Source: an uncultured Fidelibacterota bacterium
GTDB lineage: Bacteria; Fidelibacterota; Marinisomatia; Marinisomatales; Marinisomataceae
DNA length: 64,000 bases
Assembly (NCBI GenBank): GCA_902624275.1
Contig: CACNWW010000001.1
Location: forward strand, 202,601-266,600
Direction of reading: 5' to 3'
Shown here: positions 9,816 through 20,218 of the stretch, in pieces
Position numbering within the stretch: the stretch's first letter is position 1
Layout of the letters: each line of letters starts with the position of its first letter
Translations under genes and position numbers: made by a program
Notes under the pieces: model-generated
The model's input: only the letters and a program-made list of their open reading frames with translations
Told to the model about the DNA's origin: nothing
Databases searched by the model: none

Positions 9816-12086
9816 TTAGTCTAAACTGAATAGTTCTCCATTAGAGGCGTCAAATTTTGCAATATTTTGTTCAAAAATTGCTATAAGATTTCCATCTAAT
9901 GAAGTTGTTATATCGACACCTTGGCTAAACAGTGAAAATGCTAAAGATTTCTTTTCAAAAAATTTGTAGCTCTTCTCCCAAACTTTGCTTCCTGAAGGAG
10001 TAAATCTCTTGATTGTAAATGTTGGAAATTTTCCGGTAACATAATTACCATCTGCCATATAAAGATATGTGAATACTAAATCTCCATTTGGTAACTCTTC
10101 AAAATCAGTGGGATTTGAATAATCACCAAAAATTGGGAGATTAACAGTGAAAACATCTTTTTGCCCTTCATGATTATAAATAAAAAATTGATCATTTGAT
10201 AAAATACCAAAGTCTCCATTTCTTAGTTTTTTAAGCTCTCCTCCTCTGTTTGTAAACCATGAAATGTTAAAGTTAGAATCGGTTTTAATGACTCTTTCTC
10301 CAACTGATATGATATATCCGTTATCTGTTGTTTGTCTAATTCTATAATTTTGAAAGGGAATATTCAATTGTCCCAACCCATTAAATTCATTATCACCGGT
10401 ATTTATCCATTCTTTTTTGATTTCGATATTTAAATTTGAAGAAAGTTTTATCGCATAAAATCTTTGAACGCCATTATCTCCTCCATGCAAACCAATTAAA
10501 GCTTTTCCACCATCTGAATGGTTTATCGTATTAAATAATAATGGATCTCCATCTGAGTCATGTAAAGAAAAGTATCTTTCTGAAACCAAATTTAAATTAG
10601 AATCATATTCTTGATATCCCGCTTTTTTTGGATTTAAATCTCCAGCTTTTCCTGAAATAAAAATCTTTTCATCATAGAAATCAATATTTGATTCGCTAAG
10701 GGGCGTAGAAGCTCCTAAATCTGATTGCTGATTAAAAGTTTGAATATTTTGAAAATCTTCACTTATAAATATCAATCTAGCTATTCCATTTAATAAATCA
10801 TTTAAATAGTATTTGTTGTTAATTGTTAAAATTTTTTTTGGAATAATTTCATGCTCTTCAAAAACATTTATGAATAATGCATTAATGATATTTAATGATA
10901 TTGTACTTATTTGGCTATACTGAACACCATCGAAAACCTTATATTTAAAATAATCTTCACCATGATAATTTCCAGGTTCATACTTCGCATACTCATCAGA
11001 AATTTGTCCAGAAGAAGCATCAAGATTTATTATTAAACCATTTGATGGTTCCTCTTCTATAATTCGAGTACAACATCCATCATCGTCCTCCGCTAAAAGC
11101 TCAATGTATGATCCCCAATTATTAGGAATAGTATATGATGCACTCTCACTTTCGGGAGGTAAATTAACATTTTCAATATCAATAGTTACTGAAGCAATGT
11201 TACTATCAGATTCTCCGTCGTTTGCTTTGTAAGTAAAAGTATCAGTTCCATCATAATTTACAAATGGACTGTAGGTAAGTATATATCCAGATAAGGATGT
11301 GCTTCCATTTGAGGCATCACTAACAAGTCTATAAGTTAAGTTATCTCCTTCTATGTCTGTAGCATCTAAGGTAATAGTAACTGTTTGACTCATATTCTTC
11401 ATTCTACTTTGAGTTGAAGCAGTCACATCATGCGCCACAGGAGCATCATTTACAGGATTTACGATAATGGTAGCTGTTGCTACGTTCAAAATAGTTTTTT
11501 CACTACTATCTACTGCTTCAAAATTAAAAGTATCGGTTCCATTCCAGTCTTGATTTGGGGTATAGGTAGCAGTGGTTCCTGAGATGGTTAAAGAACCATT
11601 AGAAGGGTTGTTACGTACTTGAAAAACAATTTTATCTCCATCAACCTCTTCTGCTTCTAAGGTGATCACAATAGCATTATCCTCATCGGTTGTTACAGTA
11701 ACATCCATACTATTAGGTTCATCATCTACCGGAGTAACCGTGGCAACAATCGTACCAATATTAGAAGTTCCGTCTACATTAGTAGCAATATAGGCAAAGG
11801 TATCCGCTCCATAATAGTTGGCATAAGGAGTGTAAATGCCAACACCAGCATTAATGGTTAACGTTCCATGTTGAGGCTGGGTAGAAACACTATACGTTAA
11901 GGCTCGATTTAAGGGGTCTGAACCCATAAATGCGAAGGTTTTTGAGGTATCTTCTTCTAAATTAAATTCAATATTTTGAACGGATGGTAATTCAATTTTA
12001 GGTTCGGTTGGAGAACCGCCGCCTCCACCACAAGTCCACAACCAACATACACTAATGACTATCCAAAATTTTTTCATAAATGTCAT
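9816..12086 (-). CDS. large lipoprotein with four tandem ~95-aa cadherin/Ig-like repeats and a possible beta-propeller-like C-terminal half
   Basis: 756 aa. Lipobox LWTC then GGGGGSPTE. Residues ~36-402 form 4 repeats, three ending P(V)DDEP / PVNDAP / NVNLPP (the fourth ends LNIIN) and all carrying Y(T/S/E)P..(N/D)(Y/W/H).G.D.F.(Y/F) cores (tandem-95-repeat type). Alternative start at 12077. Confidence 0.6.
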   Translation of the reverse strand: MTFMKKFWIVISVCWLWTCGGGGGSPTEPKIELPSVQNIEFNLEEDTSKTFAFMGSDPLNRALTYSVSTQPQHGTLTINAGVGIYTPYANYYGADTFAYIATNVDGTSNIGTIVATVTPVDDEPNSMDVTVTTDEDNAIVITLEAEEVDGDKIVFQVRNNPSNGSLTISGTTATYTPNQDWNGTDTFNFEAVDSSEKTILNVATATIIVNPVNDAPVAHDVTASTQSRMKNMSQTVTITLDATDIEGDNLTYRLVSDASNGSTSLSGYILTYSPFVNYDGTDTFTYKANDGESDSNIASVTIDIENVNLPPESESASYTIPNNWGSYIELLAEDDDGCCTRIIEEEPSNGLIINLDASSGQISDEYAKYEPGNYHGEDYFKYKVFDGVQYSQISTISLNIINALFINVFEEHEIIPKKILTINNKYYLNDLLNGIARLIFISEDFQNIQTFNQQSDLGASTPLSESNIDFYDEKIFISGKAGDLNPKKAGYQEYDSNLNLVSERYFSLHDSDGDPLLFNTINHSDGGKALIGLHGGDNGVQRFYAIKLSSNLNIEIKKEWINTGDNEFNGLGQLNIPFQNYRIRQTTDNGYIISVGERVIKTDSNFNISWFTNRGGELKKLRNGDFGILSNDQFFIYNHEGQKDVFTVNLPIFGDYSNPTDFEELPNGDLVFTYLYMADGNYVTGKFPTFTIKRFTPSGSKVWEKSYKFFEKKSLAFSLFSQGVDITTSLDGNLIAIFEQNIAKFDASNGELFSLD

Positions 12087-12324
12087 TTTACTTTTTTTTA
12101 GTTAAAAATTAAAGTGATTTTATCTCTGACTTCGGTTGAATCAACCTATGTTGATCAATAAAATTCTCAATTGATATTCTTACGTGTTTTTTTGGATTAT
12201 TTGGTTAAATTCGTGAACTATTTTATAATGTATATGAGAAAATATGTTGTAAAATATGTTGTAAAAATTGAAAATAATTATTGAATCGCCCTAAGCGATG
12301 AAATATCTTATTTTACAACTTGAT

Positions 12325-12397
<73 letters not shown>

Positions 12398-12407
12398 CTT
12401 CTTTATT

Positions 12408-12941
12408 ATGAAACTCAGTAAAAAAAATATAGCAATTATAATTATTATTACACTTCTAATGGTGTTTGTTGGCTCTTTTTTAAGGCAACCAAAAGTCTAT
12501 ACATTTTATAAAGAACAATTTGTACCAAGTGATATGGATACTGTATTTGAATTTTTTTCAAAACCTGAAAATCTTGAGAAAATAACTCCATCATCAATGG
12601 GTTTTAATATCATAACCCCAACTCCAATAGAAATGAAAGAAGGTGCAATAATTGACTATACCGTAAAGATTTTAGGTGTACCAGTTCGCTGGAGAACTAT
12701 GATTACCAGCTACAAAGAAAATGAACATTTTGTTGATGAACAACTCAAAGGACCTTACAGTTACTGGCATCACAAACATACTTTCAAAGAAGTTGATGGA
12801 GGTATTTTAATTATTGATGAGATAACTTATGCCCTACCAATTCAAGCATTTCGAAATATTATTCATCCAGTTTTGATAAAACCTCAGCTAAATCAAATCT
12901 TTAATTTCAGATTTCAAACAATTAAAGATAAATTCAAGTAA
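12408..12941 (+). CDS. SRPBCC-family (cyclase/dehydrase-like) protein with N-terminal TM helix
   Basis: The ATG at 12408 was chosen because the ORF-track TTG start at 12366 lies inside tRNA-Phe. Motifs FEFFSKPENLEKITP, GPYSYWHHKHTF are typical of the COG4276-like SRPBCC family (from memory). Confidence 0.55.
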   Translation: MKLSKKNIAIIIIITLLMVFVGSFLRQPKVYTFYKEQFVPSDMDTVFEFFSKPENLEKITPSSMGFNIITPTPIEMKEGAIIDYTVKILGVPVRWRTMITSYKENEHFVDEQLKGPYSYWHHKHTFKEVDGGILIIDEITYALPIQAFRNIIHPVLIKPQLNQIFNFRFQTIKDKFK

Positions 12942-13477
12942 TGATTAAATACATTCTTTCTAAGTCAAACATAATGATAAATTATGTCGGTTTTACGATT
13001 GTATGGTTTTCTTGTGTTTATAGTGGAGCCAAAGGAGATCCAATTATTGCTTTAATACCAACTTTTATCTTCTTATTTCTTCATTTTCTAATTGTCACAG
13101 ATCATTTAAAAGAAGAAATACAACTGATTGTCATTTCTATTATCTTTGGTCTTATAGTTGACTCCAGTTTTTCTTTATTTGGGTTTGTTAATTACAATGG
13201 TACATTAGATTTTGCGCCAAATCTAGCACCGCTCTGGATAGTTTGCATGTGGGCTGGTTTTACAGCTCAGATAAATCATGCGATGAAATTTTTAATCGGT
13301 AGATATCCATTGATTTGTTTCTACGGATTACTTGCACCGTTAGCATATATTGCGGGAGAAGGTATTGGTGCAGCAGTAATTACAGATACTTACTTATCTT
13401 ATGGATTTATTAGCATAGCGTGGTCAATCAGTTTATTATCTTTATTCAAAATTTCTGAATATCTAATGAGCAAATAA
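12941..13477 (+). CDS. multi-pass membrane protein, DUF2878-like
   Basis: 178 aa with 4-5 hydrophobic helices. 1-nt overlap (TAATG) with the upstream SRPBCC gene. Family assignment is from memory only. Confidence 0.4.
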   Translation: MIKYILSKSNIMINYVGFTIVWFSCVYSGAKGDPIIALIPTFIFLFLHFLIVTDHLKEEIQLIVISIIFGLIVDSSFSLFGFVNYNGTLDFAPNLAPLWIVCMWAGFTAQINHAMKFLIGRYPLICFYGLLAPLAYIAGEGIGAAVITDTYLSYGFISIAWSISLLSLFKISEYLMSK

Positions 13478-13478
13478 G

Positions 13479-14903
13479 ATGAAAAAAATTATTTTTTTAA
13501 TCATGTTGCTCTTTTTTGGCTGTGCATCACAAAAACCTATTGAACCTAATCGAGTTTTGGATTTTGATATTCCTGAACAATGGGAAGTTGAAATTTCCCA
13601 AGATTTAGATTTTGATCAAATGTGGTGGAATATTTTTAATGATGATAATCTTAATTCATTTATGATTGAATTCATGGATGAAAATATCAGTCTCGAAAAA
13701 GCAATGCTAAATACTAGAAAAGCCAAGCAAGCTTCAGTTATAGCAACAGGTAGCATATTGCCTTCAATTTCTATAAGTAGTGGTGTCGTTGAATCAGAAC
13801 AGAATACTGCTGGTATCCCCACAATATTTTCAGCATTATTAGGTCAACCATCAGATGAAGTAACCGTATTTTCTCAAGAAAATTATAACTTATCTCTTGG
13901 TACTCAATGGGAAATTGATTTATGGGGCAAACTTCGTCAAGGAAGAATTGCAACTAAACAACAATATTTATCTGCTAAGTATTTTGAAGATTTCCTTAAG
14001 CTTTCACTTACTGCTGAAGCATCTAAACTTTACTTTGCAATAATAGAAGCCGAGCAAGTTTTAAACAACGCATCAAAAAAACTTAAGAATGCGCAAACTA
14101 TTTTTGAGTTATACTCTTTACGCTATAACAAAGGGAGTATTTCGATACAAGCGTATCAACAATCAGAAATAATATTTAATGCTACAAAATCTGATTATAA
14201 TAACAAACTTTTAATGGTGAATTCTCTTAAAAGAGAAGCTAGACTACTTGTAAAAGACTATCCTTCAACAGAATTTTTAGTTAATAATAATTTTCCTAAA
14301 AAATTACCAAGTATTCCAAATACTCTTCCTGCAGATATTGTAAAAAGAAGACCAGATCTAATTGCTCAACAATATAATCTACTTGCTAATAAAGCGTTAG
14401 ATAGACAAGCGCTTCTTACTTTATTCCCAACATTCAGTCTTAGTGGAAGCTATGGAGGCTCGTCAAATGATTTAGAAGACTTAACAAATGAAGATTTTTC
14501 AGTTTGGAATAAAGGATTGAGCGTTTTTGTACCTATATTTAATGCTGGAAAACTTATTGCAAACAAAAAATTGACCAAATCAAATAGAGAAATTGCAATG
14601 CTTGATTTTGTAAATACTCTTTTAACTGCATATAAAGAAGTTGAAAATGGATTTGAATCTGATTTGATATCAAATCAAGCTTTAGAAATAATTAATGAGA
14701 ATATTGTTTTATCTGAAAATATTTACAGTACGACTTTTGACGGATTTGTGAAAGGATCTTCAACGTTTGAAGATGCTATTAATGCCAATAATGCGCTTTA
14801 CGACAATCTTGATTTAAAAGCTCGATTAGAAAAAGTTCGCATTGAACAGAGAATAAATTTAATTTTAGCTCTTGGCGGAGGTTTTAACATAACGAATGAT
14901 TAA
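13479..14903 (+). CDS. outer-membrane efflux lipoprotein (NodT/OMF family)
   Basis: 474 aa. Lipobox FFGC. Two-repeat OEP architecture with RPDL and coiled-coil segments. First gene of the OMF-MFP-RND operon. Confidence 0.75.
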   Translation: MKKIIFLIMLLFFGCASQKPIEPNRVLDFDIPEQWEVEISQDLDFDQMWWNIFNDDNLNSFMIEFMDENISLEKAMLNTRKAKQASVIATGSILPSISISSGVVESEQNTAGIPTIFSALLGQPSDEVTVFSQENYNLSLGTQWEIDLWGKLRQGRIATKQQYLSAKYFEDFLKLSLTAEASKLYFAIIEAEQVLNNASKKLKNAQTIFELYSLRYNKGSISIQAYQQSEIIFNATKSDYNNKLLMVNSLKREARLLVKDYPSTEFLVNNNFPKKLPSIPNTLPADIVKRRPDLIAQQYNLLANKALDRQALLTLFPTFSLSGSYGGSSNDLEDLTNEDFSVWNKGLSVFVPIFNAGKLIANKKLTKSNREIAMLDFVNTLLTAYKEVENGFESDLISNQALEIINENIVLSENIYSTTFDGFVKGSSTFEDAINANNALYDNLDLKARLEKVRIEQRINLILALGGGFNITND

Positions 14904-16038
14904 AAAATTAAAACCATTATTTATTTTATTGGGAGCATTTGCTTTATCATATTTGCTCTGGTTTCTAGGGCAGGTTCAGCCTGACCCAGTTGAAGAATTA
15001 CCTCCACCAGATGTTTTTGTTGAAATTTTAACACCCAAAGATTTTCAAATTCAAATAAATTCTAACGGTACAACAAAGCCTCTCACTCAAACAATATTGA
15101 CTGCAGAGGTTGGTGGTGAAGTTATTTATCGTTCAAAAAAGTTTTCTGAAGGTTCATCAGTCATTCAAGGAGAAATTTTGGCAAAAATTGATGATACAGA
15201 TTTACAACTTCAATATAAAAATGCTTTATTACAACTGGCAAATGCTGAAGTGCAATATTCTCTACAATTAGCTGAAGCTGAAGTTGCAAAAGAAGCTTGG
15301 GATAAAATTGGTGATGGAGTTGCAAATGATTTGACTCTCAAAAAACCGCAATTGAAACAAGCAGAAGCTTTATTAGAGGTTGCTAAAGCACAAGTAAGTT
15401 CAGCTGAAAAAAAATTAAATAAAACCGAAATTGTAGCACCTTATCCTGGCAGAATTCAAAATGTAAATATTGATTTAGGTACTACAATTATTCCTGGACA
15501 GCCTGTTGGAGCTATATATACTTCGAGCGAAATCGAAATTACATTAGCAGTAAAGGATAATGACTTGCAATTCTTAAGCATACCAATGGATGGAAGAAAA
15601 TTAGATCCAAGCGAACAGTCATTAGTAGAAATTAAAAGTTTTTATAAAGGTAAAAATCAATCTTGGAAAGGTAAACTTGAAAGAGTTGATGGAGTTATTG
15701 ATCCCGTAACAAGAATGATCAATCTTATCGCAGTCTTTAAAAATGATTTTATTGAAACTGATAAGCCTAATCTTCCTATTGGTCTTTTTGTTGAAGCAAA
15801 AATTGATGGCATTACTTTAGAGAATATTTTTGAAATTCCAATTAATTCCATTTCAAAAGACAACGAAGTTTATATTGTTGACAAAGATAACCAGCTAGAG
15901 TTAAGAAAATTAACCATTTTAAAAAAATATAGTGAATTTGTGATTATTAAAGATGGATTGAAAGCTGGAGAAAGAATTGTTACTTCAAAACTTTCTACAG
16001 CTTCAAATGGAATAAAAGTTAACCCAGTTTATAAATAA
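14896..16038 (+). CDS. RND efflux periplasmic adaptor (MFP/HlyD family)
   Basis: 380 aa. N-terminal TM anchor, coiled-coil hairpin (AEVQYSLQLAEAEVAKEA...), APYPGRI lipoyl-like motif. 8-nt overlap with the OMF gene. Confidence 0.75.
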   Translation: MIKKLKPLFILLGAFALSYLLWFLGQVQPDPVEELPPPDVFVEILTPKDFQIQINSNGTTKPLTQTILTAEVGGEVIYRSKKFSEGSSVIQGEILAKIDDTDLQLQYKNALLQLANAEVQYSLQLAEAEVAKEAWDKIGDGVANDLTLKKPQLKQAEALLEVAKAQVSSAEKKLNKTEIVAPYPGRIQNVNIDLGTTIIPGQPVGAIYTSSEIEITLAVKDNDLQFLSIPMDGRKLDPSEQSLVEIKSFYKGKNQSWKGKLERVDGVIDPVTRMINLIAVFKNDFIETDKPNLPIGLFVEAKIDGITLENIFEIPINSISKDNEVYIVDKDNQLELRKLTILKKYSEFVIIKDGLKAGERIVTSKLSTASNGIKVNPVYK

Positions 16039-19000
16039 TGCGCAGTATAGTTACTTGGTTTGTAAATAATAGTGTTCCTGCAAATCTTTTTATGTTTTTT
16101 TTAATAGTAGGTGGATTTTTTGTATCATATCCTTCAATAAAAGCTGAATTCTTTCCAGTACCAGATCCTAAAGCAGTAACAATTATAGTACCTTACCCAG
16201 GAGCTTCTGCATCTGAGGTTGAAGCTTCAATTTCTTCAAAAATTGAGGATAGACTTGAAGGTGTCTCAGGAATAAAAAAAATCAATTCAAATTCTTTAGA
16301 GGGTAGTGGAGTTGTAGGTATTAGAGTCTTCGCAAGCGCTGATTTTGATAACACATTTGAAGAAATAAAAACTATTGTTGACGGAATAACTACATTCCCA
16401 GAAAATAGTGAAGAGCCTATTATTAAGAAACTTGAAATAACCGAAAAAGTTCTGGATGTTGTTATTCATGGTGATGTAGATGAAAACGTTCTATTGAGTG
16501 TTACAAAAAGTATCAATGACGAAATAAAAAATCTTAGTGAAGTTTCATTTACAGAAATTTATGGAAATAGAAACAGAGAAATATCAATTGAAATTTCCGA
16601 AAATAGTCTAGAAAAATATAATCTAACTTTTGATGAAATTGCATTTGCTATAAATATGGGTTCAATCGATTTACCCGGGGGTATTATTTCTAGCACTAAA
16701 GGTGACCTACTTGTAAGAACAGTTGGCCAATCATATAAAGGTGATGAATTTGAAAATATTGTAATTAGAACAAATGCAAATGGTAGCACTCTACTGTTGA
16801 AAGATGTGGCAATCATTAAAGATACTTTTGAAGATGTTGATAAATTTTTCAAATGGAATGGTACTAGAGCAATGTTCATAAGTGCAAATCTAGTTGGAGA
16901 CCAAGATGTTTTAGATGCCGCAAATCAGCTCAGGAATTTTGTAAAAAATAAAAAAAATGATATGCCGGGAAATATTCAAATTGACTATTGGTATGATCAA
17001 GCAAGATTTCTTGAGGATAGAATAAATATTCTTTATAAAAATTTTGCAATTGGAATGTGTTTAGTGCTAATTCTTTTGACTATGTTTTTAAGACCTTCGG
17101 TCGCATTTTGGGTTGCTATGGGTATTCCTATATCCTTTGGAGGTGCATTATTATTATTACCACTATTGGGAGTTACAATAAATGTCTTGTCAACTTTTAT
17201 GTTTATAGTTGTACTGGGAATCGTAGTTGATGATGCTATTATTGTTGGCGAAAATGTATTTCGTAGAAGAATCAAGCTTAAAGAAGACAACTTTACTTCA
17301 ACTGTTAAGGGTACAATGGAAGTTATGCTTCCTGTTTTTTTTGGAATTTTGACAACAATAGTTGTTTTTGCACCTATGCTTGATTTAGCGGGTGATACTG
17401 GACCAATATGGAGAACATTCCCATTAACAGCTATTCCTATTTTAGTTTTTTCACTTATAGAATCAACGACAATTTTACCTGCACATTTAAATCATGCTGG
17501 AGAATGGTTTCAATATCGTTTTATAAAATTCGGAAATATTTTAAGATCAGCACGAAATTATTTCTCAAAAAAATTATATACTTTTGTTGATAATAATTGG
17601 CTCCCCTTAGTTAAAAAATCTATTACAAATCGTTATCAAACTATTTCAATTTTTGTGGGTGTATTACTTATTTCATTCTCATTACTTGCTGGCGGATGGG
17701 TAAAATGGCAGTTTTTCCCAGTATTGGAAGCTGAAGAAGTTGCGATTGTTATTGATCTTCCTGAAGGAACACCAATTAATATTACAGAAAAAGTAACAAA
17801 AATGGTTGAGATGGAAGCTTTAAAACTAAAAAATGAATTAAATACAGAGAATAATAGAAAAATAATATCCCACGTTATGACAACTGTGGGTGATCAATAT
17901 TTTAGTGCAAAAGAAGCAGAAAGCAGTCCAACTGGTCCAGTGCTTAAAGCTAGCTCTACCCCTCATCTTGGTGAGATTGTAGTCATATTGACACCTGCTG
18001 ATAGTAGATGGGGATTAACTGGTGCTTATGATATTATTAATATTTTAAGAGAAAGAGTTGGGGTTATTCCCGGTGTTGAAAGATTGAATTTTAGTGCAAA
18101 CATCTTTAGTGCTGGTAAACCGATTCATTTTGAATTTTCAGGAAATGATTTTGATGATTTAAATCGAGTGGTCAAAAACACTAAGTCACTACTTGGTAAT
18201 TATAATGGAATATATGATCTAAATGACTCCGATAAAATTGGTAAAAGTGAGCTTCAAATTGAACTTCTCCCAGCAGCAGAAGCATATGGTTTAACTACTG
18301 CTATTATTGCAAAACAAGTTAGACAAGCATTTTATGGAGAAGAAGTTCAAAGAATTCAACGCCAGGATGACGATATAAAAGTAATGTTAAAGCTAACAAA
18401 AATTGAGAGAGATAACGCTAGAACCCTTGAAAATTTAAGAATCAGAACTAATACTGGTATTAAAATTCCGTTGTACGCTGTGGCAAAAGTGAAGGAGATT
18501 CCTGGAAAATCTGCAATAAAGAGAATTGATGGTAAACGAGTTGTTGAAATAACTTCAGATGTAGATATTAGTAAAAATACATCCTCTATGATTTTATCTA
18601 CTATAATTGGTCCTGAAGGTAATCCAATAAATAGCTTGAAAAATATCCTAGATAAAGAACCGAATGTATCGTTCGCTCTTGCAGGAGAACCCGCAGAGCA
18701 GGCAGAACAACTTCAAGATATATTTGTAAAATTTGGTTTAGCAATTTTTACTATTTTTGTTTTATTAGCAATTCCGCTTAAATCATATTTTAAACCATTA
18801 ATTATTCTTTCAGCTATTCCATTTGGAATGGTGGGTGCCATTTTAGGACACCTATTGCTTTTTCAACCAATGTCAGTTTTATCATTATTAGGTGTAGTAG
18901 CTCTTTCCGGTGTTGTGGTAAATGATAGTTTGCTTTTAGTTGTTTTTGTAAACAGAGCTAAAGAAAATGGTGATGATACCTTGACAGCAGTGATTGATGC

Positions 19001-19235
19001 AGTTCGATCAAGATTTAGACCAGTTATTCTTACGTCTCTTACAACATTCTTAGGAATTGCACCCTTGTTATTTAACCAGTCAACGCAAGTTTTATTCCTC
19101 AAACCAATGGCAATTTCGTTAGGAATAGGAATTTTGTTTGCAACTTTTGTAATACTTCTTCTTGTTCCAGTTTCATATGTAATAATTGATGATTTTATTA
19201 ATTTGATATCTGGAAATAAAAATAAAAGCGCTTAA
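16038..19235 (+). CDS. RND efflux transporter permease (AcrB/CzcA superfamily)
   Basis: 1065 aa with 12-TM, two-large-loop architecture. Motifs VVLGIVVDDAIIVGEN and ALSGVVVNDSLLLV. Confidence 0.9.
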   Translation: MRSIVTWFVNNSVPANLFMFFLIVGGFFVSYPSIKAEFFPVPDPKAVTIIVPYPGASASEVEASISSKIEDRLEGVSGIKKINSNSLEGSGVVGIRVFASADFDNTFEEIKTIVDGITTFPENSEEPIIKKLEITEKVLDVVIHGDVDENVLLSVTKSINDEIKNLSEVSFTEIYGNRNREISIEISENSLEKYNLTFDEIAFAINMGSIDLPGGIISSTKGDLLVRTVGQSYKGDEFENIVIRTNANGSTLLLKDVAIIKDTFEDVDKFFKWNGTRAMFISANLVGDQDVLDAANQLRNFVKNKKNDMPGNIQIDYWYDQARFLEDRINILYKNFAIGMCLVLILLTMFLRPSVAFWVAMGIPISFGGALLLLPLLGVTINVLSTFMFIVVLGIVVDDAIIVGENVFRRRIKLKEDNFTSTVKGTMEVMLPVFFGILTTIVVFAPMLDLAGDTGPIWRTFPLTAIPILVFSLIESTTILPAHLNHAGEWFQYRFIKFGNILRSARNYFSKKLYTFVDNNWLPLVKKSITNRYQTISIFVGVLLISFSLLAGGWVKWQFFPVLEAEEVAIVIDLPEGTPINITEKVTKMVEMEALKLKNELNTENNRKIISHVMTTVGDQYFSAKEAESSPTGPVLKASSTPHLGEIVVILTPADSRWGLTGAYDIINILRERVGVIPGVERLNFSANIFSAGKPIHFEFSGNDFDDLNRVVKNTKSLLGNYNGIYDLNDSDKIGKSELQIELLPAAEAYGLTTAIIAKQVRQAFYGEEVQRIQRQDDDIKVMLKLTKIERDNARTLENLRIRTNTGIKIPLYAVAKVKEIPGKSAIKRIDGKRVVEITSDVDISKNTSSMILSTIIGPEGNPINSLKNILDKEPNVSFALAGEPAEQAEQLQDIFVKFGLAIFTIFVLLAIPLKSYFKPLIILSAIPFGMVGAILGHLLLFQPMSVLSLLGVVALSGVVVNDSLLLVVFVNRAKENGDDTLTAVIDAVRSRFRPVILTSLTTFLGIAPLLFNQSTQVLFLKPMAISLGIGILFATFVILLLVPVSYVIIDDFINLISGNKNKSA

Positions 19236-19846
19236 GCTTCAAACTGTGAATAGTTATGATATCCAACTTTAGAAGGATCGTCATAATCAATTCTTACAAT
19301 GGCTTTCTTTAAAATTCTTTTAAGAATGATTAGTCTATCCTTCTCTGATTGACTTTTTAATAACATTTTTTTTGCACGCTTATCTATATCAAGCATGGAT
19401 GCAATTTCAAATGCAGCTTTAGGCATACTTATTTGTGCGATTTTTGAAGAAGCTCCTAATTTCATCAATACTTCATATAAGAATACGTTTGTTTCCTGGA
19501 GCAATGTTTCATCCATTGAATCATCAATATCTTGCCAAGTTTTAACGTAAGCTTGTTTATAATCTTTGGAATAGTTATAACTCTTAACAATGAATCGTTC
19601 AATTCCAGTTACAAGAATGTCATATTCCCCTGTATCTCCTTCAGCTGCAGTTATTTGAGTAATTTCAGCAGTACATCCAACAGACAGTGTATCATTATTT
19701 CTGGAATTCACAATACCGAATTTTTTATTATGCTTTAAGCAATATTCAATCATCTTTTTATACTTTGCTTCGAAGATATGTAGCGGAAGTTTTTCACCTG
19801 GTAGCAGAACTAAGGGGAGAGAGAAAATTGGAATTTTATCATTCAT
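19232..19846 (-). CDS. stand-alone Lon N-terminal (LON substrate-binding/PUA-like) domain protein
   Basis: 204 aa. IPIFSLPLVLLPGEKLPLHIFEAKYKKMI is the typical Lon-N start. No ATPase or protease domain. Confidence 0.65.
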   Translation of the reverse strand: MNDKIPIFSLPLVLLPGEKLPLHIFEAKYKKMIEYCLKHNKKFGIVNSRNNDTLSVGCTAEITQITAAEGDTGEYDILVTGIERFIVKSYNYSKDYKQAYVKTWQDIDDSMDETLLQETNVFLYEVLMKLGASSKIAQISMPKAAFEIASMLDIDKRAKKMLLKSQSEKDRLIILKRILKKAIVRIDYDDPSKVGYHNYSQFEA

Positions 19847-19920
19847 AGTATTATCAAAATACGTATTGTTTTATTAATTTTCACTATCAAAATTGTAAAA
19901 ATTTAATTAAAAGGATAAAA

Positions 19921-20217
19921 ATGAAAAAAGATGTCTTAGATCACGTAGCTATTTGTACAGACGATATTAAAAAGTCTGTTGAGTGGTATACTAAAAATTT
20001 TAAATGTGATATTTTGTATCAAGATAGTTCTTGGGCAATGCTCGAATTTGATAACGTTAAGCTAGCTTTAGTTTTACCTGAACAACATCCATTCCACTTT
20101 GCTATTCTAAAAGATAATGTAGAAGACTATGGCCAACCTGTAACTCATAGAGACGGTTCAGTATCTGTGTACATAAAAGATAGATCTGGCAACAACATTG
20201 AAATACTGAGGTACTAA
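19921..20217 (+). CDS. VOC/glyoxalase-family small protein
   Basis: 98 aa. LDHVAI...SVEWY...LAL...HFA...IEIL pattern of a single beta-alpha-beta-beta-beta VOC module pair. Confidence 0.55.
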   Translation: MKKDVLDHVAICTDDIKKSVEWYTKNFKCDILYQDSSWAMLEFDNVKLALVLPEQHPFHFAILKDNVEDYGQPVTHRDGSVSVYIKDRSGNNIEILRY

Positions 20218-20218
20218 A

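Noticed and set aside
12239-12266. Tandem 12-mer AAAATATGTTGT x2.5 as a possible CRISPR or minisatellite.
   Set aside because: It has only ~2.5 contiguous copies with no spacers, and no cas genes are present. It is too short for an array and is kept only as a possible regulatory repeat.
19231-19236. Convergent RND and Lon-N genes share overlapping stop codons within the palindrome CTTAAG. Many other 1-14-nt overlaps occur (ATGA, TAATG, TTGA).
   Set aside because: This is consistent with general genome compaction rather than a specific mechanism. It is noted only as context for the operon calls.
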